From UHGV virus genome UHGV-0343520: a stretch of DNA of 13,648 nucleotides; one strand, written 5' to 3'. The translations under genes and the position numbers were made by a program. The notes beneath the pieces are model-generated. The model did not search any database. It saw nothing but the letters and a program-made list of their open reading frames with translations, and was not told the origin of the DNA. The first letter of the stretch is position 1, and the number at the start of each line of letters is the position of its first letter. This DNA is from a virus. Shown here in pieces: positions 7,464-13,648 of the stretch.

Positions 7464-9179
7464 ATGAGCGAGAAATTAAAGATAGTCTATCGCCCATTAC
7501 AAGAATTGTCACCGTATGCGCACAACGCCAGGACGCACAGTACTGAGCAGGTGGCACAACTGGTAGAAAGTATTAAGCAATTCGGCTGGACTAATCCGGT
7601 GCTGATTGACGAAAAGGGCGAAATTATTGCGGGTCACGGTCGTGTTATGGCGGCTGAAATGCTCAAAATGGATTCTGTTCCGGTCATTGTTCTGTCTGGC
7701 CTGACGGATGAGCAGAAAAAGGCGTACCGCCTGGCAGATAATCGCCTGCCGATGAATGCTGGCTGGGATGAAGATCTGTTGCGGATGGAGCTGTCGGACC
7801 TAATCAATGCTGATTTTGATGTCTCCCTGACAGGCTTCATCCCGACAGAAATTGATGAACTGTTGACGGATGTTTTGCCCGGTACAGGAAATGAGGAGGA
7901 GCCGTATACGACGAAAATTGATACGCCTGTTTATGAGCCGTCGGGCGGTAAACCGGATATCAGTGAACTGTACGACGATACGAAAACTCAGGAGCTGATC
8001 AGCCGGATACGTTCGGCGTCCCTTGAGCCTGATATTGAGAAATTCCTCCTGTGTGCGGCAGAACGTCACACGGTGTTTAATTTCAGCAGAATTGCGGACT
8101 ATTACGCTCACGCCCCCGCTGAAATTCAGTGTTTTTTCGAGGAGTCGGCGCTGGTGATCATTGATTATCAGCAGGCTATTGAAAATGGATTTGTCCGGAT
8201 GACGCAGCGCATGGTGGAGATCATGCATGGTGGTGAGGAGGAGAATATGCGTGATGATTTTTGCGCCTTTATTCTGACTCACGGGCGACCGGACAAAGTT
8301 CTGACTTACCGGACGTTGCGTCGTGCTGGCTATACCGGGAAAATTTTTATCGTTGTTGATGATGAAGATAAGACACGGCATCAGTACATGGCTGAATTTG
8401 GTGAACAGGTGCTGGTGTTTTCCAAAGCCGATATCGCCAGTCGTTTTGACGAAGCCGATAATTTCTGTGACCGCCGCTCAATTTTTTACGCCCGTAATGC
8501 CTGTTTCGACCAGGCAAAACTGGTCGGGTGTAAATACTTCATTCAGCTCGATGATGATTATCACGAGTTCCAGTTTCGGGTGGATCGCAACTATGACCAG
8601 GCCTATTTTCCGATAAGGAAACTGGATGCGATCCTTTCTGAAATGCTGGCGTACTACGAATCAATACCTGCTCTTTCCATCGCTATGTCGCAGGGCGGGG
8701 ATTTTCTTGGTGACAATGGCGGCCATGCTTCGTGGGTGAAACGCAAGGCAATGAACAGCTTTATCTGTTCGGTTGATCGACCGTTCTCATTCATGGGGCG
8801 CATTAACGAGGATGTGAATACGTACACGAATCTCGGTCGCTGTGGTGAATTGTTTATGACGATCGGTGCTGTCCAGTTAGGGCAGAAACAGACGCAGAAA
8901 AACAGCGGCGGAATGACCGAGCTGTATCTGGATTCCGGAACCTACGTTAAAAGTTTTTACTCCGTCATGTATGCGCCGTCGTGCGTAAAAATCTCACTGA
9001 TGGGTGCCAGCCATAAACGCATTCACCATCAGGTCACCTGGAACAACGCTGCAGTAAAAATCCTTCACGAAAAATACAGGAAGAAGACACCCTGCATATC
9101 AATGGGGGTGACAAATGATTCCGTATTCGAAAGTCGAGTCTCTGGCAGCGTGCCGGATGACTGCACAACAAATCGCTGA
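7464..9179 (+). CDS. ParB/Srx-like N-terminal domain protein fused to a large uncharacterised C-terminal domain (not a recognisable methyltransferase; DxD-type motifs)
   Basis: 571 aa. The N-terminal ~130 aa (IVYRPLQELSPYAHNARTH...IIAGHGRVMAA...KKAYRLADN) is a typical ParB-like nuclease-domain module as found on phage DNA methyltransferases. The C-terminal ~430 aa has no DPPY/NPPY or FxGxG motifs but has acidic clusters (FIVVDDEDK, IQLDDDYHEF). Position between the lysis cassette and terminase is typical of phage ParB-fusion enzymes. Confidence 0.8.
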   Translation: MSEKLKIVYRPLQELSPYAHNARTHSTEQVAQLVESIKQFGWTNPVLIDEKGEIIAGHGRVMAAEMLKMDSVPVIVLSGLTDEQKKAYRLADNRLPMNAGWDEDLLRMELSDLINADFDVSLTGFIPTEIDELLTDVLPGTGNEEEPYTTKIDTPVYEPSGGKPDISELYDDTKTQELISRIRSASLEPDIEKFLLCAAERHTVFNFSRIADYYAHAPAEIQCFFEESALVIIDYQQAIENGFVRMTQRMVEIMHGGEEENMRDDFCAFILTHGRPDKVLTYRTLRRAGYTGKIFIVVDDEDKTRHQYMAEFGEQVLVFSKADIASRFDEADNFCDRRSIFYARNACFDQAKLVGCKYFIQLDDDYHEFQFRVDRNYDQAYFPIRKLDAILSEMLAYYESIPALSIAMSQGGDFLGDNGGHASWVKRKAMNSFICSVDRPFSFMGRINEDVNTYTNLGRCGELFMTIGAVQLGQKQTQKNSGGMTELYLDSGTYVKSFYSVMYAPSCVKISLMGASHKRIHHQVTWNNAAVKILHEKYRKKTPCISMGVTNDSVFESRVSGSVPDDCTTNR

Positions 9180-9366
9180 CGTTCTGGATGTTGATCTGAA
9201 CCGACTGAAAGAAAATCGGGAAGCAATGACAGATTTTTATGCGGCCATCCGTAAGGGCAGAGCGAAAGGTGAAGCCGAGTTACGAGCGGCATTGTTTAAG
9301 CTTGCCAGAAAAGGGGATGCCTTTGCTCTGCGCGAACTACTCAGGGTGGATAAAAATCAGGACTAA
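9115..9366 (+). CDS. Small hypothetical protein, possibly a helix-turn-helix DNA-binding protein preceding the terminase
   Basis: 83-aa ORF with GGGGGTGA upstream of ATG 9115. An alternative ATG lies at 9157. It overlaps the 3' end of the ParB-fusion ORF by 65 nt and ends 4 nt before the terminase small subunit start. Function not recognised. Confidence 0.45.
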   Translation: MIPYSKVESLAACRMTAQQIADVLDVDLNRLKENREAMTDFYAAIRKGRAKGEAELRAALFKLARKGDAFALRELLRVDKNQD

Positions 9367-9369
9367 CTG

Positions 9370-10464
9370 ATGAGCAGACCGGACTGGGGGGCGTTGCAGC
9401 AGGAGTATATTGCTGAATACACCCGCTCCGGTATATCTCCGGTGGCATGGTGTGAAGCAAGGGGACTGAATTACGCAACAGCCCGTCGTTACATCAAAAA
9501 AACTCCGAAAAATGCGCAGACAGAAATGTGCAAAACTGCGCAAAAAAGTGCGCAGAAAAAATCTGCGCAGACTGCACAAAAGCGGAACGAAAAATCTCAG
9601 GAAAAAAAGCCAGTATTCGATGCGGGCCTGAATGAGGGCGACGCGGAGGAATTTTCGTTCTGTCCCGATGAATTCGGCATTTCTGACCAGCAGGCTAAGT
9701 TTGCGATGCTTGTTGCTCAGGGTAAAAAGCCGACAGAGGCGTACCGACTAGCCGGTTATGAGGGGCAAGGTGCGACAGCTAACAGCAACGCCAGTCGTAT
9801 GCTTAGAAATGCCAGGGTTTTTCGCGCTATCAGCTACTTCCGCAATCAGTACCAGAAACGCTATACCGCAGACCTGGATTTACTAGTGAGTCAGTTGATG
9901 GCTATTGTCCTGGCCGACCCCAATCAGCTTGCACAATTTCGCCGTGTTAACTGCCGTTATTGCTGGGGCGAGAATCATCTCTACCAGTGGCGCGATATAG
10001 CAGAATTCGACAAGGCAGCGGCGCAGGCTTCCAGAGATGGCAAACCCGAACCGGAATATGGAGGCCTCGGCTTTGTTGATAACGCCATACCCAATCCGGA
10101 CTGCCCGAAGTGCTGCGGTGAGGGAACGGGACAGCTTTATATGGCTGATACCACTCTGCTTGATGGGGATGCGCGGCAATTATATGCAGGGGCAAAATTC
10201 GGAAAATTCGGCGTTGAGATCCTGCTGGAGGATAAGGCTGCCGCCCGGCGTGAATTGTTGCGTTTGTTTTCTGCTGGCGGGGCTTTATGTGCAGATAAAC
10301 GGCTACAGGAACTGGAAATTGAACGGCGCAGAATGGAAAACCAGAAGCTGCGCAAAGAGATCGAAACGGTGGAAGATAATGAACATCCCCAGCCTGTGGC
10401 GATCAATATTAATGTGGTTGATGCCAGAGTAAGGAGTGATGAAGATGATCTCTCCGACGCTTAA
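9370..10464 (+). CDS. Terminase small subunit (Terminase_2/P27-like core with N-terminal extension and C-terminal Cys-rich region)
   Basis: 364 aa. Central region (ISDQQAKFAMLVAQGKKPTEAYRLAGY...SRMLRNARV) is typical of P27-family small terminases. It lies immediately upstream of, and overlapping, the large subunit. Has an N-terminal HTH-like segment, a Lys/Gln-rich low-complexity repeat, and CxxC...CxxCC cysteines. Confidence 0.8.
   Translation: MSRPDWGALQQEYIAEYTRSGISPVAWCEARGLNYATARRYIKKTPKNAQTEMCKTAQKSAQKKSAQTAQKRNEKSQEKKPVFDAGLNEGDAEEFSFCPDEFGISDQQAKFAMLVAQGKKPTEAYRLAGYEGQGATANSNASRMLRNARVFRAISYFRNQYQKRYTADLDLLVSQLMAIVLADPNQLAQFRRVNCRYCWGENHLYQWRDIAEFDKAAAQASRDGKPEPEYGGLGFVDNAIPNPDCPKCCGEGTGQLYMADTTLLDGDARQLYAGAKFGKFGVEILLEDKAAARRELLRLFSAGGALCADKRLQELEIERRRMENQKLRKEIETVEDNEHPQPVAININVVDARVRSDEDDLSDA
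9513..9578 (+). repeat. Cluster of short direct repeats TGCGCA(G/A)A within the terminase small subunit gene
   Basis: TGCGCA occurs at 9513, 9537, 9549 and 9564, with variants TGTGCA (9527) and TGCACA (9573), all within ~65 bp. They encode the AQK-rich low-complexity peptide. Confidence 0.6.
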
Positions 10465-11746
10465 TGTGCCTCAGGCGCGATTTCTTTCAATGCCCCATAA
10501 ATTTAAAGCCTATATTGCTGGTTTTGGCTCGGGCAAAACATGGGTTGGGTGTGGCGGCATATGCAAGGGGATTTGGGAGCATCCAGGTATAAATCAGGGA
10601 TATTTTGCGCCAACGTATCCCCAAATTCGCGATATTTTTTACCCTACAGTGGAAGAAGTTGCTGCTGACTGGGGATTGAACGTAAAAATTAATGAGGGAA
10701 ATAAAGAGGTTCACTTTTATTACGGACGCCAGTATCGGGGAACCACTATCTGCAGATCGATGGAGAAGCCACAAACGATCGTCGGTTTCAAAATTGGTAA
10801 TGCGTTGGTGGATGAACTGGACATTTTGCCGAAGGAAAAAGCCAGAACGGCGTGGCGCAAGATAATTGCACGTATGCGTTATAAGATTGATGGACTTCGC
10901 AACGGTATTGACGTTACAACCACGCCGGAAGGATTCAAATTTGTCTACGAGCAGTTTGTTAAAGCCGTGCGTGAAAAAACAGAGCTGGCCTCACTGTATG
11001 GTCTGGTGCAGGCATCTACTTTCGATAATGAAAAGAACCTGCCAGCAGATTACATTCCTTCGCTTCTTGAATCATACCCTCCAGAGCTGATTAAAGCCTA
11101 TCTTCGAGGACAGTTTACTAACCTGACAAGTGGTACTGTTTACCATCAGTTTGACCGGAAACTGAATAATTGCGAAGAAGTGGAGCAGCCAGGGGAGCCG
11201 ATTTATATTGGGATGGATTTTAACGTTGGAAAGATGGCGGGAATCGTCCATGTGCTGCGTTTGGGGCTTCCATGTGCGGTAACTGAAATCATCAATGCCT
11301 ACGATACGCCGGATATGATCCGCATCATTAAAGAACGCTTCTGGCTGTATGATGGGAATGATTACCGGAAAGTGAGGGAAATTTATATTTATCCAGATGC
11401 TTCCGGGGATTCCAGAAAATCAAGTAACGCAAGTACGACGGATATAGCCCAGCTTAAGCAGGCTGGTTTTAACGTTGTGGTGAACAGCTCGAACCCGCCA
11501 GTAAAAGATCGCGTTAACTCAATGAATGCAATGTTCTGCAATGCCAATGGTGAGCGTCGCTATAAAGTTAATGTGAAGCGTTGCCCGTTATATGCCGAAT
11601 CTCTGGAGCAACAGGTCTGGGATGAGAAGGGGGAGCCTGATAAAAAATCTGGCAATGATCACCCGAATGATGCCGGAGGTTATTTCATCGTTAAGCAATT
11701 CCCTATTGTCAAACCGACCGGAAGAGTCACATCACTTCGGATTTAA
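10445..11746 (+). CDS. Terminase large subunit (ATPase/nuclease)
   Basis: Walker A motif AGFGSGKT near the N-terminus and acidic nuclease-domain motifs in the C-terminal half (YIGMDFNVG, YPDASGDS, NDHPNDAGG). ATG 10445 is 8 nt after AAGGAG (10431-10436). The ORF is open from GTG 10436. Overlaps the small subunit stop. Confidence 0.9.
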   Translation: MISPTLNVPQARFLSMPHKFKAYIAGFGSGKTWVGCGGICKGIWEHPGINQGYFAPTYPQIRDIFYPTVEEVAADWGLNVKINEGNKEVHFYYGRQYRGTTICRSMEKPQTIVGFKIGNALVDELDILPKEKARTAWRKIIARMRYKIDGLRNGIDVTTTPEGFKFVYEQFVKAVREKTELASLYGLVQASTFDNEKNLPADYIPSLLESYPPELIKAYLRGQFTNLTSGTVYHQFDRKLNNCEEVEQPGEPIYIGMDFNVGKMAGIVHVLRLGLPCAVTEIINAYDTPDMIRIIKERFWLYDGNDYRKVREIYIYPDASGDSRKSSNASTTDIAQLKQAGFNVVVNSSNPPVKDRVNSMNAMFCNANGERRYKVNVKRCPLYAESLEQQVWDEKGEPDKKSGNDHPNDAGGYFIVKQFPIVKPTGRVTSLRI

Positions 11747-11748
11747 TT

Positions 11749-13155
11749 ATGGCTGATATATCAACACCCAACCTCGACTATAACGATATGCTGGAGGCGT
11801 GGGATATTAACGACGCACTGATGGGCGGTACGCTTGAAATGCGCAGGCAGGGGGAAAATTATCTCCCAAAATGGCCTAACGAAGATGAAGACGCTTATAA
11901 AAAACGCCTGTCTGTGGCTACGCTACTTCCTGTGTATGAAGAAAGCATCAAGCAAAATATTGGGCGCATATTTGCAGAGCCGACAGTATTGAGTGAGGAA
12001 ACGCCGGCAAAAATCAGGGAATATGCAGAAAATATCGACATGGAGGGGAGCCGACTGGATGTGTGGGCGCAGCAATTTTTCAGCCTCGCATTTCAGTATG
12101 GTGTGGCACATGCGCTGGTGGACTATCCACGAACGGATATGAAAGAGATTCGGACAAAAGCCGATGAAAACGCGACCGGTGGTCGTCCGTACGTTACGAT
12201 GCTGAATCCACGCCAGGTTATTGGATGGAAATCGAAAGTTGAAAAAGGGAAAGTTGTTCTCACTGATTTGCGTATAAAAGAGGTCATCATTATTGATGGT
12301 GATGATTTCGGGCAGAAGAAGGTGGAGCAGATCCGCCATATTATGCCCCGTCGAGTTGAAATTTATCGACGTAGCGAAGGCACTAATGGCGAATCTGTCT
12401 GGACGCTTCATGAGTCATGGAATACCAGCCGTGATGATATTCCTCTGGTAACACTGTACACGAAGAAAACAGGATTTATGCGTGGTACACCGCCATTGCT
12501 TAATCTTGGCTTGCTGAATATCAAGCACTGGCAAAGCCAGAGCGAGCAGGACAATATTCTTCATGTTGCCCGCGTTCCATTGCTGGTGGCCTACGGGCTG
12601 GACAGGAATGAAGAACTGACGGTTGGTGCATCCACCGCTACGATTTTTGAGGACAGAACAAAAAATGGCCTCGAATATGTTGAACATAGTGGCGCAGCGA
12701 TAGAATCTGGCGAAACATCACTTGAGAAGCTGGAAAATCAGATGCGTCATGCCGGCGCTAAACTTCTGCGTGCTGAAAATACATCCACCAAATCTGTTGA
12801 TCAGACTAATGAAGAGCGAATGCAGGAAAACTCGCCGCTTTATACAATGGCGAACTCCCTCGAAGATGCCCTCGATAATATTCTCCAGATAATGGCGGAA
12901 TGGATCGGAGAGAGTTGCGGTGGCAATGTGGATGTGCGCACTGAACTGGATGTATCTGCCCAGGTGTTTGACTCATCCTCCGCGCTGGCTGTTCAGTCAT
13001 TGCGTCAGGGCGGTGATATACGTCAGATTGATGCGGTTCGGGTGTTGCAGGCGTTGAAATTTATCGATCAGGATTCCCGTCCAGAGGAAGTGATCGATGA
13101 ATTAAAAAATCAGAGTGTAATGCTGATGGAAATCAATGATGCAAACCGTGAATGA
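11749..13155 (+). CDS. Portal protein
   Basis: 468-aa ORF immediately after the large terminase and before a head-morphogenesis-like gene. Size and acidic C-terminus are consistent with a portal. Family not confirmed by search. Confidence 0.75.
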   Translation: MADISTPNLDYNDMLEAWDINDALMGGTLEMRRQGENYLPKWPNEDEDAYKKRLSVATLLPVYEESIKQNIGRIFAEPTVLSEETPAKIREYAENIDMEGSRLDVWAQQFFSLAFQYGVAHALVDYPRTDMKEIRTKADENATGGRPYVTMLNPRQVIGWKSKVEKGKVVLTDLRIKEVIIIDGDDFGQKKVEQIRHIMPRRVEIYRRSEGTNGESVWTLHESWNTSRDDIPLVTLYTKKTGFMRGTPPLLNLGLLNIKHWQSQSEQDNILHVARVPLLVAYGLDRNEELTVGASTATIFEDRTKNGLEYVEHSGAAIESGETSLEKLENQMRHAGAKLLRAENTSTKSVDQTNEERMQENSPLYTMANSLEDALDNILQIMAEWIGESCGGNVDVRTELDVSAQVFDSSSALAVQSLRQGGDIRQIDAVRVLQALKFIDQDSRPEEVIDELKNQSVMLMEINDANRE

Positions 13156-13648
13156 ACGGCTGCGTGATGAATCAATTGCTCATGCAGTCTGGATATCCCG
13201 CTATAGCACTGGCGTGGCTGCCAGAATGGTGAAAATACTGAATGACAGCGATGCGGAACTTACTGCTCGCCTGCTGATAGCACTGGACAGCCTCGATCCA
13301 GGTAGTTTTACCGTTAAGCGCCTGGAGTCACTTCTGGCGAGCGTCAGAGAGGTTGGCTGGAATACATTAAGACCGTTTGCTATTGATAACGCAACCGGCG
13401 AACTGGTTATTGGAACCAAGCTGTCTGCAAGTCTGAACGGTAACGCATTGACAGCAACAAAGCTGCAAACGCCAAGACTGGTTTCTGGGGTTGAGTTTGA
13501 TGGTTCAAAAGATATTACTTTAACCGCCGCGCATGTGGCTGCTTTTGCCAGAAGGGCAACGGATACATATGCCGATGCGGATGGTGGCGTTCCCTGGAAT
13601 GCCGAATCAGGCGCTTACAATGTCACCCGCTCTGGCGACAGCTATATT
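13136..13648 (+). CDS. Partial ORF (runs off window): head-morphogenesis-like N-terminus continuing into tail-fibre-like repeat sequence; possible fusion or pseudogene
   Basis: ATG 13136 or 13139 overlaps the portal stop, and the frame is open to the window end. The N-terminus (MMQTVNERLRDESIAHAVWISRY...) sits where a minor head protein is expected. From about residue 80 the sequence (GTKLSASLNGNALTATKLQTPRLVSGVEFDGSKDITL) resembles side-tail-fibre repeats. Confidence 0.55.
   Translation, partial: MMQTVNERLRDESIAHAVWISRYSTGVAARMVKILNDSDAELTARLLIALDSLDPGSFTVKRLESLLASVREVGWNTLRPFAIDNATGELVIGTKLSASLNGNALTATKLQTPRLVSGVEFDGSKDITLTAAHVAAFARRATDTYADADGGVPWNAESGAYNVTRSGDSYI

Noticed and set aside
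6458-10432. Internal alternative-frame ORFs (6458-6673, 7265-7546, 7634-7840 minus, 7800-8381 minus, 8323-8616, 9883-10195 minus, 10037-10432)
   Set aside because: They are nested within or antisense to the strongly supported trkG, ParB-fusion and terminase genes, with no independent signals.
13201-13419. 72-aa minus-strand ORF near the window end
   Set aside because: It is antisense to the open + strand frame that continues from the head-morphogenesis-like gene, and has no start context.

Overview
This window is the late region of a lambdoid prophage of Rac / phage-21 type from an E. coli-like enterobacterium, with every supported gene on the + strand. In order: the 3' end of an upstream gene; a translationally coupled DUF1367-like / DUF1364 (YbcO-like) pair; a Q-type antiterminator; about 1.6 kb with no ORF of 60 aa or more, holding two intrinsic terminators, a 5' half of a tRNA-Gly(UCC)-like sequence and a GC-rich structured island; two tandem lipoprotein genes whose C-termini resemble TolA domain III, with their own promoter and terminator; a phage-21-type pinholin and SAR endolysin followed by lambda-type Rz/Rz1; the AT-rich K+ transporter gene trkG; a 571-aa protein with a ParB/Srx-like N-terminus and a large unassigned C-terminal domain; a small overlapping ORF; terminase small and large subunits; portal; and a truncated ORF that appears to join a head-morphogenesis N-terminus to tail-fibre-like repeats. 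The most promising candidate for an undescribed system is the TolA-domain-III-like lipoprotein pair, which could act as a periplasmic decoy against Tol-dependent phages or colicins. All homology statements are from recall and reading of the translations, not from database searches, and no repeat-spacer array, integrase or IS element was seen.
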